Assembly (NCBI RefSeq): GCF_963921235.1
Contig: NC_086108.1
Coordinates: forward strand, 67,644,001 to 67,708,000
From: Mobula hypostoma
Taxonomy: Eukaryota
DNA: 64,000 bases
Reading direction: 5' to 3'
The notes under the pieces were generated by a model, which worked only from the letters and a program-made list of their open reading frames with translations, was not told where the DNA came from and made no database searches. Made by a program: the position numbers and the translations under genes. Positions 24,401-37,508 of this stretch are shown here, in pieces. How positions within the stretch are numbered: position 1 is the stretch's first letter; each line of letters starts with the position of its first letter.

Positions 24401-26263
24401 AATTACAGTTAATGACGTAGTCCAATGAGTTTTGGTTCTATTCCTGGCATCAAGCTCCAAGGAAGCAGAGATAAAAACTACACAAATAGAGGAAATCCTG
24501 ATACATGTTAAAACAATGCCATTCAATTAATCATGTCATAAAGTTTGTTAATATTTACATTGGAAATAAAATGAACTGAACACAATTGTACGACAAAAGA
24601 ACTTGTAAGTCTATGTCCTTTATCATATGTTTAAGACATTCTGAATGTTTTAGCAATGGTTTACCAAAGGACTGGACTCACTATTTTTATGTAGTAAAGG
24701 GTGGGAATTTTTTTTCCCCCACAATAAACAAAATTCTATAAGCAATTTAATTAACAACTTGATTATCTGCATCTTTTAAATGATAGCTTTAGTAGAATTT
24801 CTTGCTCTTCAAATATTACAATAAAACTGTTAAAATCTAAATTTTAGCAAATGTTCACAGACTTAGATTAAGATTTCATCTGAAGGACTCTGATATCCTC
24901 TCCTTATACTGCATTTGCATGAGATCAAACCAGTTCTCCAACTCAGCAGTGAGACCACTGCTAACCATTGCAATCATATGTGGGAAATTCATTAATGATA
25001 AATGCACATGTAGTAGTGGTACAGAACATGATATTTTCTCGCTGATACAAACATAGGAGATGCAATTTTGCCTCAACTTTTTCCACTAATTAGTGCTGTG
25101 AATATTGCTTTCAAGTGAAGCAACAATTTACGTACTTTTATTAATGTAATATTATGCACTTGCTGATCCATGCAGGACCTATTTTACAGGGAGCCCAAAG
25201 GTATATTGGGCAAGTTCTTTATTGAACATCACCGTTCGGTCCAGGTGACTGAGCTTCCAATCACTTGGGATCTCAAATAAAAACAGATGCTTGATAAATA
25301 GGAGCAGGCCATTCATCAGGATCAAAGCTCGTCATCTACCACAGCACCATTTTCTAGCTCCTGATTAACTAGAATAATTTCGAAGGAGAAAGTGGATAGT
25401 GTTGGTCAAGTTGTGTAATAAATCGACAGTACACAGCATGCAACAAAACTGCAATTTTTCAAATGCATTCATTGTAGGTCTGAGCCAAGACAGAAAGATA
25501 AGTTATAGAGCAGAACAAAGTATTAAAGAAAATATTCTCTCAACTACTGTTTGCTGCTCAGCATGGAAATGATGTGCTTTGTTCAAGTATGATATTTTAG
25601 TAATAGCTATTCATATCCCTGTCAAATTTTAAAATTCCCCTCTTACGAAATTGCAGATGTTAACAGGGCAAAGTTGCAAACTGAGATCACAATATAGAAA
25701 CTAACTTCTCAAAGAATTTTAAATGCCAACTCTATCACAGTACACTTTCAGTAGAATTTCACTTAATATTATTCGAAATGAGCAAATAATGCAGAAATTT
25801 TTAACGTTGCAATTCTACATTATTTAAATGACCACAAAGCCACCAGTTTGTTTTAAAACTTAACATAATCATGGTGGCAGAAATGCACCCCATTTACCTG
25901 AAACGATACCATTAAAGTTTAGCAGGTCATGCTGCATCTATGGGATAATAAATAGAGTTGACTCTTCAGATCAAAGTCATTTTGTCTGAACCACAGAGGT
26001 CAATGTTTAGAACGCAATCTGTATCAACAGTTTGGTGGAGGGAACCAAGTGCCATATTTGCAAGTTTGATAACAGTATTAATCAAGACAGCATTGTGAGT
26101 ATTGAGCAGGATGTAAGGTGGCTTCAGGGGAAAATAGACAACTATGGGAGTGGGTAAGAATATGGTAATGTAAATTAACACGAAAAGTGCAAGTAGTAAA
26201 ATGCAGATGTTTTTATACATAATTCACTGAAGCCGGTGGGCAATTTGAAGAGCAAATGATACA

Positions 26264-27248
26264 AACAACAGGAATTCTGCAGATGCTGGAAATTCAAGCA
26301 ACACACATCAAAGTTGCTGGTGAACGCAGCAGGCCAAGCAGCATCTATAGGAAGAGGCGCAATCGACGTTTCAGGCCGAGACCCTTCGTCAGGACTAACT
26401 GAAGGAAGAGTGAGTAAGGGATTTGAAAGCTGGAGAGGGAGGGGGAGATGCAAAATGATAGGAGAAGACAGGAGGGGGAGGGATAGAGCCGAGAGCTGGA
26501 CAGGTGATAGGCAAAAGGGGATACGAGAGGATCATGGGACAGGAGGTCCAGGAAGAAAGACGGGGGGGGGGGTGACCCAGAGGATGGGCAAGAGGTATAT
26601 TCAGAGGGACAGAGGGAGAAAAAGGAGAGTGAGAGAAAGAATGTGTGCATAAAAATGAGTAACAGATGGGGTACGAGGGGGAGGTGGGGCCTAGCGGAAG
26701 TTAGAGAAGTCAATGTTCATGCCATCAGGTTGGAGGCTACCCAGACGGAATATAAGGTGTTGTTCCTCCAACCTGAGTGTGGCTTCATCTTTACAGTAGA
26801 GGAGGCCGTGGATAGACATGTCAGAATGGGAATGGGATGTGGAATTAAAATGTGTGGCCACTGGGAGATCCTGCTTTCTCTGGCGGACAGAGCGTAGATG
26901 TTCAGCAAAGCGGTCTCCCAGTCTGCGTCGGGTCTCACCAATATATAAAAGGCCACATCGGGAGCACCGGACGCAGTATATCACCCCAGTCGACTCACAG
27001 GTGAAGTGATGCCTCACCTGGAAGGACTGTTTGGGGCCCTGAATGGTGGTAAGGGAGGAAGTGTAAGGGCATGTGTAGCACTTGTTCCGCTTACACGGAT
27101 AAGTGCCAGGAGGGAGATCAGTGGGGAGGGATGGGGGGGACGAATGGACAAGGGAGTTGTGTAGGGAGCAATCCCTGCGGAATGCAGGGGGGGGGGAGGG
27201 AAAGATGTGCTTAGTGGTGGGATCCCGTTGGAGGTGGCGGAAGTTACG
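26264..27248 (-). mobile_element. 5'-truncated Penelope-like retroelement (Neptune-type) with GIY-YIG endonuclease and terminal repeat
   Basis: 14-bp TSD GAGCAAATGATACA (26250-26263, 27249-27262). Open frame to the stop at 26691 with Cys linker PCKRNKCYTCP and VIYCVRCSRCGLLYIGETRRRLGDRFAEH...E..LI..LGSLQPDGMN. Confidence 0.92.
26361..26396 (-). ncRNA. Minimal type-I hammerhead ribozyme motif in a PLE terminus
   Basis: AGUC-CUGACGA-AGG(GUCUCGG)CCU-GAAA-C-GUC-GAUU: intact core, 3-bp stem II, stem I with one G-U pair. Confidence 0.7.
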
Positions 27249-27559
27249 GAGCAAATGATACATCAATTTTTGTAATGAGGGCATTTGATTACAGAAGCAA
27301 GGAAGTCTTATTACATTGTGTTAATCTTTGCTAAGAGGTCACCTGGAATTAATGTGTAGAATTTTGCTCTCCTTCTCTAAGAACGTATGTACTTGCCATA
27401 GAGACAGTGCAAAAAAAGACTCTAGACTGTTTGCAGGGATTCACTGTAAGAGGAAAGAACAGTAATTTGGATGGAAGGTGATAAGGAAGGTTAAATTATC
27501 ACCTCCCATTGTACTTTTTTACAGTTTGGTTAATAGCATTTTCTGCTGAATGTCAGGCA

Positions 27560-28025
27560 ACACCAGTGAGGTAATGCTTAAATAAATAGAGTGCAAAGAA
27601 AAAAAAGAATAATGAGGTAGTATTCATAGGTTCATGGAACATTCAGAAATCTGATAGTAGAGGGGAAGAGGCTGTTTCTAAATCATTGAGTGTGGGTCTT
27701 CAGGCTCCCTTACCTCCTCCCTGATGGTAATAATGAGAAGAGTGCATGTCCTGGACAGTGAGGATCCTAAATGTTGGATGTCACCTTCTTGAAGTTCTGC
27801 CTCTTGAAGATGCACTCTTACGGTAGCGAAGGTTGTGCCCATGATAAGGTAAACAACCCTCTGTGGCCTCTTGCATCCCTGTGCATTGGAGCCTCCAGAC
27901 CCCTGTGCAACCAGTCAGAATGCTCTCCACTATACATAGACAGAAAATTACAAGAGTGTCTGGTGACATACCAAATGTCCTCAATCTCCTAGGAGTAAGC
28001 CATTGCTGTACCTTCTTCATGTTTA
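27560..28025 (-). mobile_element. Rex/Babar-type 3' fragment; continues at ~30253-30335 beyond the inserted CR1
   Basis: RRLRTFGMSPDTL...CIVESILTGC. CCCAGGAACTTAAAGCAGCTCAC (VSCFKFLG) resumes after the CR1. Confidence 0.7.
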
Positions 28026-30252
28026 ACATAGAAACATAGAAAATAGGTGCAGGAGTAGGCCATTCGGCCCTTCGAGCCTGCACCGCCATTTATTATGATC
28101 ATGGCTGATCATCCAACTCAGAACCCAGCCTTCCCTCCATACCCCCTGACCCCTGTAGCCACAAGGGCCATATCTAACTTCCTTTTAAACATAGCTAATG
28201 AACTGGCCTCAACAGTTTGCTGTGGCAGAGAATTCCACAGATTCACCACTCTCTGTGTGAAGAAGTTTTTCCTAACCTCGGTCCTAAAAGGCTTCCCCTC
28301 TATCCTCAAACTGTGACCCCTCGTTCTAGACCTCCCCAACATCGGGAACAATCTTCCTGCATCTAGCCTGTCCAATCCCTTTAGGATCTTATACGTTTCA
28401 ATCAGATCCCCCCTCAATCTTCTAAATTCCAACGAGTACAAGCCCAGTTCATCCAGTCTTTCTTCATATGAAAGACCTGCCATCCCAGGAATCAATCTGG
28501 TGAACCTTCTTTGTACTCCCTCTATGGCAAAGATGTCTTTCCTCAGATTAGGGGACCAAAACTGCACACAATACTCCAGGTGTGGTCTCACCAAGGCCTT
28601 GTACAACTGCAGTAGTACCTCCCTGCTCCTGTACTCGAATCCTCTCGCTATAAATGCCAGCATACCGTTCGCCTTTTTCACCGCCTGCTGTACCTGCATG
28701 CCCACTTTCAATGACTGGTGTATAATGACACCCAGGTCTCGTTGCACCTCCCCTTTTCCTAATCGGCCACCATTCAGATAATAATCTGTTTTCCTATTTT
28801 TGCCACCAAAGTGGATAACTTCACATTTATCCACATTAAATTGCATCTGCCATGAGTTTGCCCACTCACCCAACCTATCCAAGTCACCCTGCATCCTCTT
28901 AGCATCCTCCTCACTGCTAACACTGCCACCCAGCTTCGTGTCATCCGCAAACTTGGAGATGCTGCATTTAATTCCCTCATCCAAGTCATTAATATATATT
29001 GTAAACAACTGGGGTCCCAGCACTGAGCCTTGCGGTACCCCACTAGTCACCGCCTGCCATTCTGAAAAGGTCCCGTTTATTCCCACTCTTTGCTTCCTGT
29101 CTGCTAACCAATTCTCCACCCACACCAATACCTTACCCCCAATACCGTGTGCTTTAAGTTTGCACACTAATCTCCTATGTGGGACCTTGTCAAAAGCCTT
29201 TTGAAAATCCAAATATACCACATCCACTGGTTCTCCCCTATCCACTCTACTAGTTACATCCTCAAAAAATTCTATGAGATTCGTCAGACATGATTTTCCT
29301 TTCACAAATCCATGCTGACTTTGTCCGATCATTTCACCGCTTTCCAAATGTGCTGTTATCACATCCTTGATAACTGACTCCAGCAGTTTCCCCACCACCG
29401 ACGTTAGGCTAACCGGCCTATAATTCCCCGGTTTCTCTCTCCCTCCTTTTTTAAAAAGTGGGGTTACATTAGCCACCCTCCAATCCTCAGGAACTAGTCC
29501 AGAATCTAACGAGTTTTGAAAAATTATCACTAATGCATCCACTATTTCTTGGGCCACTTCCTTAAGCACTCTGGGATGCAGACCATCTGGCCCTGGGGAT
29601 TTATCTGCCTTCAATCCCTTCAATTTACCTAACACCACTTCCCTACTAACATGTATTTCGCTCAGTTCCTCCATCTCACTGGACCCTCTGTCCCTTACTA
29701 TTTCTGGAAGATTATTTATGTCCTCCTTAGTGAAGACAGAACCAAAGTAATTATTCAATTGGTCTGCCATGTCCTTGCTCCCCATAATCAATTCACCTGT
29801 TTCTGTTTGCAGGGGACCTACATTTGTCTTTATCAGTCTTTTCCTTTTTACATATCTATAAAAGCTTTTACAGTCCGTTTTTATGTTCTCTGCCAGTTTT
29901 CTCTCATAATCTTTTTTCCCCTTCCTAATTAAGCCCTTTGTCCTCCTCTGCTGAACTCTGAATTTCTCCCAGTCCTCAGGTGAGCCACTTTCTCTGGCTA
30001 ATTTGTATGCTACTTCTTTGGAATTGATACTATCCCTAATTTCTCTTGTCAGCCACGGGTGCACTACCTTCCTTGATTTATTCTTTTGCCAAACTGGGAT
30101 GAACAATTGTTGTAGTTCATCCATGCAACCTTTAAATGCCTGCCATTGCATATCCACCGTCAATCCTTGAAGTGTCATTTGCCAGTCTATCTTAGCTAAT
30201 TCATGTCTCATACCTTCAAAGTTACCCCTCTTTAAGTTCAGAACCTTTGTTT
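28026..30252 (-). mobile_element. Young 5'-truncated CR1 LINE with an uninterrupted 697-aa ORF2 (RT) segment
   Basis: ORF 28118..30211 has KSPGPDG, NYRPVSLTS, QHGF, LDFQKAFDKVPH, GVPQGSVLGP and FADDTK. (TTTCTATG)n tail at 28026-28042. Confidence 0.95.
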
Positions 30253-31269
30253 CATTATTTTTTCCCAGGACAGAACCTCTGAGATGATGACACCCAGGAA
30301 CTTAAAGCAGCTCACCCTTCCCACCACTAACCACTTAATCTATTCTTTCTGTGCACCTCATAATTTTGTACACTTTTTATTTATTCCCTTCCCTTGCTTC
30401 TAGCATACCCCTCTAAAAGTATGAATCATTCACTTTCCTCTTAACTAAAATCCCAGCGATACTTTTTTTTGAATCTCCTCTATATGCTTTCCAATGATGT
30501 GGTGAAAGATATCTGATAAAGAAAGAAGTATTTAGTGATGAGGATGGTGGTGCAAGACAAATGGGATGGTAAATGATCAATAGAAATAACAGAAAATAGA
30601 TTTGTGGAGCTGTAAAATGCAACACAGTACTGTCATCAGCAGCTGTTGTCTGAAAACCACCAGGAATGGTGATTATAACCTTGTATTCTTGAGCTCAGGT
30701 ACAGAATTTGCCAGCTATAACATGTCATAGTAAAAAAAAACACAACTATGAGGTGCTTTATCTCCAAACTTTCACTGCACTGTATTAGAGCAGAGAAGCA
30801 GATCAGGGCTGATGTGATTGATACAATATATATAAAATAGGGAAACCAAAAAGTGTGATGGACTTAAGAGTTCCAGAATGAATTTGATTAAGTCCCACAG
30901 AGATTAATCAAGACTAGAGCACATGACATCTGAGGTAATGTACTAACATGGACAGAGAATTGGTTGTTAGACAGAAAGCAATGGAGGGAATAAATTGGCA
31001 GTCTGTGATGTTCATAATTTGACATTGTCAGAAGATGATTGAGAATATAAAAGACACTTTAGGACTATACAACATCCCGAATGAAGACTTTTACAATTGC
31101 ATTAACATCTAGCCAGCAAAATTAAAAACTGACACAATGGATGATATTATATGTTGTGTAAAAGATGGCTGCAGTTATTGAAAGCCAATTAGTCCAGCCC
31201 CAGGATATCAATGTAGGAGTTCCTTCGGGAAGTGTTCTTGGTCCAATTATTTTGAGCTCATCAGATGCC

Positions 31270-31425
31270 AATCAAGTTCCCAGCTCTTTACTTCACCTCT
31301 TTCCCCTCTCCTGGTTTCAACCATCTCCTGCCACCTTCCTCCCTTCCTCCCACCTTCCTTTCCAGTCTTGATGAAGAGACTTGGCCTAAAACATTGATTG
31401 TTTACTCCTTTTCATAGATGTTTTT
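31270..31425 (+). mobile_element. Old PLE terminal fragment with a decayed hammerhead motif
   Basis: Pyrimidine-rich stretch followed by AGTCTTGATGAAGAGACTTGGCCTAAAACATTGATTGTTTACTC. Confidence 0.55.
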
Positions 31426-31484
31426 CCAGTTTACACTGTTCACCCTTTCCCATGATAAATTCTTTCATAAATTATGATTACGAA

Positions 31485-32100
31485 CTTCCTGAAGCAGCCC
31501 ACATTTGCTGAATGGGTGGACTTAATTTGATAATGTGCGGTGTTTCACATGCCAAACGTAGCATTTAGTCTGGTGGCCACAAAGCTCAATTTTGGTTTCA
31601 TTAGACCATAGAACCTTCTTCCAACTGAAATTTTCTTAAGTCCATCTCCTAACTTATGCTTCTCAGTAACTTTTCCATGGAGCTGTGTGGAGTGTTCTTT
31701 TGTCTTCATGATGTAGTTTATGTCAGGATACTGACTCATCAGCATTTGGACCTTCCAGATACAGGTGTATTTTTACTACAATCAACTGAAACACCCTGAC
31801 TGCACAGGGTGATCTCTATTTAATTAATTATGTGACTTCTAAAACCAATTGGCTGCACCAGTGATGACTTGGTGTGCATATTAAAGGGGGCGAATACTCA
31901 AGCAATCAATTATTTTGTGTTTTATATTTGTAATTAATTTAAAATCACTTCGTAAAGATTTGTTTTCACTTTGACATGAAAGAGTCTTTTTCTGTTGATC
32001 AGTGTCAAAAAAAGCCAAATTAAATCAACTGTGATTCAATGTTGTAAAATGATAAAACATGAAAACTTCCAAGGGGAGTGAATACTTTTTATAGGCACTG
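31485..32100 (-). mobile_element. Tc1-like (IR/DR type) transposon remnant, internally deleted
   Basis: Ends ...GAATACTTTTTATAGGCACTG followed by TA (32101-32102), with an inner repeat GGGGGCGAATACT near 31886. MKTKEHSTQLHGKVTEKHKLGDGLKKIS is joined to WKKVLWSNETKIELCGH. Confidence 0.85.
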
Positions 32101-32104
32101 TATC

Positions 32105-32630
32105 TACACCAGGGTCGTAGCCCTCCATTTCTCTCATCTATGTACCTATCCAAACTTCACTTAAATGTTGCAATTGAGCTCACATCTATTAGTTACACAG
32201 GCAGTTCGCTCCACACTTGCAGCACCTTTTGAGTGAATTAGTTGCTCCTCAGATTTCCCATAAACAGTTAAATTTTCTCCTCTAGTTCTAGTCTCACCCA
32301 ACACATTACCTATACCCTCATATTTTTGTATACCTCTCTACGATTTACGCTCAGTATTCACTGGAATGCTGGGGAAAGTCCTAACCTACTCAGCTTTTCC
32401 CTGTAAGTCAGGTCAAGTCCCAGCAATACCCATGTAAATTTTCTATGCACTTCCTAAAACTCATTGATATCTTTCCTGTAGGTAGGTGACTAAACTGCAC
32501 ATAATATTTCAAATTCAATCTCACCGATGCTTTATACAACATTCCAACTCCACTACCCAATGCCTTGATTTATGAAAAGCCAATGTGCCAAAAACTCTCT
32601 TTATAACTTTACCCATCTGTGATGCAAGGT
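32105..32630 (-). mobile_element. Degenerate CR1 3' fragment
   Basis: Parallels the CR1 at 49630-50700 (TACCTATCCAAACTT, TTTCCTGTAGGTAGGTGAC, GCCAATGTGCCAAAA). Confidence 0.7.
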
Positions 32631-33636
32631 AGATAGGCCATAAACATTATTGTAATAAATTGCTATTATGGTTTTTCCCCATTTGAAGAAGCACCTTAAG
32701 TAGTCCTGCTGGATTCATAGGTTCATGGATAGCTACTGCCTAGACTCACGGTTGCTATCTCATTGTGCAGTGCTGGATGAGAAATGGGTCAGTATTAATA
32801 AAGAGTATTCTCCATTGAAGCTACAAAGGCTGCCATGGAATTATGGCGAACGAGGTTAAGGAGAATGGAAAATCAAGAAGGGAAAGGTTCAGCAAAGGAA
32901 GGCAGTGTGTTCGGTAATGGAGCCCTCCAATCAATAGAGCAGTCCAATTAGATCCTGCACTGCCACTGCAATCACAAGTGACAGATTGCTGCATCTACAC
33001 ACTACTGCCCAGATCCTGCAGTCTTTTTCAAGACTACCTGCAGAAAAGGCAACATTTGTAAATAAATGTAGATGAGTCAGTAACAATAAATGTCCCCATG
33101 ATGTACTTGGTTAGTCTAAGTGAGTGATTAACAGAAACAAGAAGCCTGAACCACTTTCTTTGATATGGAATGTACAAAATATGACAAGGGACTAGTATTA
33201 TATTTCAGCTAAGTTATGACAGGAAGTGCCAATGTCTGGGACTTGACACTTCCTGTCATAATTCATCTGAAATATAACACCAATTCTTCAGACAATTCAA
33301 AACATCTGAATAACACCTGTTATGTGCAATTTCCATGTAAAAACATATTTACCAATCTAATATCTAAGCGCTTCTCTTTTTCCACTTCTGCTCACTTGTT
33401 TATTTCTACCCACATTTGTGCATTACCTTACAAAGTACTTTTTTCTATTACTTTTCCTTCTTGGCTTATTTATAAGAGAGAAATCTCAGGATCTCAGGAT
33501 AATCTCTGGCTCACTATGCATGTATAATGGCAGTAGCGCTCTACTGCTGATAGCAATCTTCAGAAAATATATTTCCATTGAGCAAACAATAACCGATCAG
33601 TGCACATTTTAATATTTTTGCAAATTTTCATAGTAC

Positions 33637-33678
33637 CTGGTGGAGTCAGTTGTATCAATTCAAATTTTGTTGTGTCCA
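33637..33678 (-). CDS. spata6: SPATA6-family exon 4 (MDTTKFELIQLTPP)
   Basis: 42 nt, CAG acceptor after a pyrimidine tract, GT donor, phase 1/1. FELIQL motif; preceded by a 95-nt intron. Confidence 0.9.
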
Positions 33679-33773
33679 CTGCGAAAGAAAAAGAGAAAAT
33701 CAGAGTAGCTAAGAGAACATCATCAGTAATTAAATGATAAATGGGTGTTAAAGATGTAATGCATTATTCTTAC

Positions 33774-33822
33774 TTTCCAGCATGCCTGCAACATCCCCTG
33801 GATTCATAGCTTCTGGAAAGCT
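33774..33822 (-). CDS. spata6: SPATA6-family exon 3 (SFPEAMNPGDVAGMLE)
   Basis: 49 nt, CAG acceptor, GTAAG donor, phase 0/1. Resembles SPATA6 FPDAVDPGDV as recalled. Confidence 0.9.
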
Positions 33823-34633
33823 CTGTTTTATAAAAAACAGAAAATAGAAGTTTAACTGCAAAAACAAACACGCTAATTCATCACTTGGAAATAATCTTCC
33901 CGTAACAGGAAAGACATAATTAAAATGTAATTGCTGTCCTTGAAACACCAAAGGGGGATGTTTTAGAAAACCCATACAAATCTGGACCAAGATTAATTTG
34001 AAATTAAAAGGGAATACTTAAATGGTCAATAGTAACAATTTTCTGCTGGAATCAATAAACTGTGGAATTCATGCAATACATCTTGCAATTAATTTAACTT
34101 GTGGAATGTACTGAACTATTAAAAATTCAAGTCAGAGCTCTCCATTTTTAAAATTTATTTAGCGTACAAATAATGTCATCATGAAAATAACTTCTATTAT
34201 GTTTCTATGAATATAGAATATCCTGAAATTAGATTTAGTGTAGATCTGTTTTCTTTAAAGAAGCCAACATTCATTATATTTTCAAAGGGCTGTAGATATG
34301 ACATGCTATCTGCTAAAATGAACAGGCAGATTTCCAAACGAGTTATCAAGAAGGAAAAGGTGGGTTTGAAGGAGAAGGTCAGAATTGTCAATGGTTAAAA
34401 ATAAATGTTTGAACAGTGGGAAGAGATGAGCCAAATTGTTTTGGTTTGTAGAGGTAATTCCAGACCACAGCAACTTAGCCATGGCTGAGTAGAGGGAATG
34501 AGAATAGAACAGTTGATTCAAGTGAGAAAAAGGTGCAAGCAGGAACATATGGCAAGAAAGTTCAGCTGTAGTTCAGAATCCCTGTAGAGATTTACTAGGT
34601 TTATCTCAGGGTAATACATATTGAATTTAAGAC

Positions 34634-35318
34634 TGTTATAAGGAAGCAGGTTCACGGGTTTGTTAAGTGAGACAGAAGACACTGATTACAGATAAGCACA
34701 TTAAACATTTATTTACAAACAGAAAAACATTCACCCTAAGTTACAGACACTACAACACTAAACATTCAGTAACACTTCAAACTCAACAGGTACTTTATTA
34801 AGTCTCCCCAAGTTAAACAGCTACAAAACTAAACATTCAATAAACAGATACTTAGCTAAGTGTGCCTCTGATATCTGCAGCATACTTTCCCAGAGCAGCC
34901 CCTGGAGACAAAGGAAAAGCCACCCAGTCTCTCTCACGTGCTACTGTTATAACCCTGAGGTGTCCAGAACCAGACACTGGTGCTGTGGCACATAAGGCAA
35001 TCAATGGGAAAGAGCTGCTGCATCCTGTGAACAGGCCAATCAATGACTGGCATGGCAAAAGCAACTTTCGACCGACAAGTAAACTAACCCTACACATTAC
35101 AAAGACAATTTTTGATGTGGTTAGGAAATACCCAAGGGAGCAAAATAATGAATACAAGCATGTCTTTGGTTGATAGTCATAGGAAATAATACAGGCAATG
35201 GAGCTCCAGACAAGATGGAGTTTCTTCAAAACTTGGTAATGTAAAGCAGCAAGTTGTTCGAATAGTCGGGTCCAGGTGTAATCGAGATATGTGAAAGTCA
35301 TTTTCAGTGGTGACCACA
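34634..35318 (-). repeat. Possible solo LTR
   Basis: TG...CA ends (TGTTATA...GACCACA), composition distinct from flanks, and minus-strand AATAAA signals near 34.7-34.8 kb. No TSD found. Confidence 0.3.
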
Positions 35319-35662
35319 GTTAATTAGAAAGGTAGAATGGATATGGTGTATGAAGTTTCACCTGGGGATACAACCCCACTTGTAACCCACAATCTTTATC
35401 TACTTCTGCACTAGACTCAGCCACATCCTCTGAATTTCCTGATTTAAAAGTCTGCTTCAATGATATGCAGAATAAAAGGCTAGATATTTTAAGGTCCCAC
35501 CACATTGGCTATTGCTCCACCATGCTAGGATCATTTAACAGGCCTTTATAGACACCAAGGAAATTCTTGACCAACGCACTTCAAATAAATTTGCCTGATA
35601 CCAGCAGAAAATAAAAACAGTATAAACCAAAATATTTTTAAACATGTTACAAAATCTACATG

Positions 35663-36495
35663 ATCAAAGATTCAAAGTACATTTATTATCAAAGTTTGTG
35701 TGCAATATACAATCCTGAGATTCGTCTTCCACATTCAGCTACAAAACAAAGAAAACCATGGAACCCATTCAAAGAAAAAAAATCAAACTCCCAACACGCC
35801 AAAAAAAGAACAAATCACGCAAACATCAAAAAAAGAGCGAAAAACACAACATAGAAAACACCAAATCACAAAGTCATGGAACGAGTTCAGGCATATTCAT
35901 TTTGGCTCAGTTCAGTTTAATCCAGCATCACATTGCTCGTCATCTGCAGGCCACAGCGCCAGTCCGCCCTGATCAAAAATTAACAAAGTAGCAACAAAAA
36001 AAAGTGACAAGAAACCAGAAACACATCATAATGTTAACTACAGAGTCCAATCCATAAACCGTGCAAATTAAACCTTGCCCAAGATCCAGGACTCCGGCAC
36101 CTTCCTCCACAAGCAGCAGGCAAGAGGGAGAGAAAAACCAGTCACACGCAGGTAGACAGCACTGAAAACCTGCCTGCCTTCCACTCTCATCCTTGTTGGT
36201 TTCAATCTTGCTCAACGCTTTAATTGGCGAGATCAGCAAGAAATAGAGTCAATCATGGTCTTGCGCCCATCTTGGCCCTTCGGTGTCCAGGAGTTTGAAA
36301 CCTCACCGAACTCCTTTGGAGACAGTAAAGAGCAAGACTGCTCAACTGGCCCGAAAACACACCACCAAAATGTAAATCACAGGCTCCAACAGTAACAGAA
36401 CCACATTCGAAAGAAAAAGGTGAAATAAACAAAGTGAAAAAAGTAGTTTTGTGAACTGTCTGAAGGATGCTGCCCTTGGTCACATTGTTCAACTA
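35663..36495 (-). repeat. Probable non-autonomous LINE-related repeat
   Basis: Begins TCAAAGATTCAAAGTACATTTATTATC, similar to the LINE tail at 43501, followed by an A-rich non-coding body with no RT motifs. Confidence 0.35.
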
Positions 36496-37508
36496 AAACT
36501 ACAACATACACATCGCCTAGAAAAAATGGTTTCATTGATTCAGTTTGTAAAAGTAATGCTGCTATCCAGTCTCAGGAGAACTCAAGGATTACTACTTAAT
36601 AAACACAAAACCCTAACAATTAAATGTAATACAGATGCAGAAATGGAATGGCATAGAAAATAAGTTGAGCAAACAGCAAGTGTACATAGATGAAAAATAC
36701 TTATTTTAGAAAAGATCTCAAATTGTTTTGCTCATAATACATATACTGCAAAGATGAACATCAATATCTAATTTGTGTTCAACTGAATTGGTTAAAAAAA
36801 ACTGGCAAGAGAGCCAATTGCATCTATTGAGTATAGTAGCATTAGAGACAGCTAAACCTGCGGTGACAATATTGTGGCATCCTTAACATTTAAAGTTCCA
36901 CATAATACAAGAAACTTGTATTACAAGTATAGGGTTGAAATGTAATTGTAAGGGATGAAATTTAATGTACAAAATCCTAACACAGTTGTAAATGCAAATA
37001 AGAAAATGAAAAGAAATTAAGCTTTATAATGAAGAATAAATTTTACCTGTGGGCCTCATCCCAATTAACCTCCATCACCTATTTCTACATACATGCATAA
37101 CATATATGTCATAGAAAGGTAAAGTACAAGTACATCACAAAGCAGCATGAAAATTACATACATAGTACCTTCATTGGTAGTTCTAAGAAGTTATTTATGT
37201 GAACTTAATTACTTTGAAACACAAACTATTTTATAAGTTCAATTAAATTTAAGTGTTACAAAACTAAACTGCAAAAGAAAATGAAGCCTTTGATGTTCAG
37301 AATATAATAAAAAAACAGCAATTGAATTGCACAAGGTCACACTAACATATCAGAAAGTGAAAACATTTAATAGTCTCAATGGAGGCCCTTCATCAGAAAA
37401 TTTATTCCTGAACCATTCTTTTCCATTTCCTGGTTTTCCACCTTTTTCATTTTCAATGTTTAGAACAGCTCCTTTCAATAGAAAATGCTTTAACTTGACA
37501 GTTCATAC

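Noticed and set aside
24876..25076. Protein-like minus-strand ORF (…AELENWFDLMQMQYKERISESFR) in intron 4
   Set aside because: No recognisable family, no convincing splice sites, and exons 4 and 5 already join in frame.
26314..26713. ORFs MLVNAAGQAAS... and antisense partners (also 18727, 49769, 49773)
   Set aside because: Chance frames across the non-coding PLE terminus; they recur only because the repeat recurs.
27249..27284. N-terminus MPSLQKLMYHLL of the 197-aa GIY-YIG ORF as a real gene start
   Set aside because: It lies in the TSD and flank outside the element, so the start is fortuitous read-in to a truncated PLE.
28500..29932. Plus-strand ORFs of 93-134 aa
   Set aside because: Antisense shadows of the CR1 ORF2.
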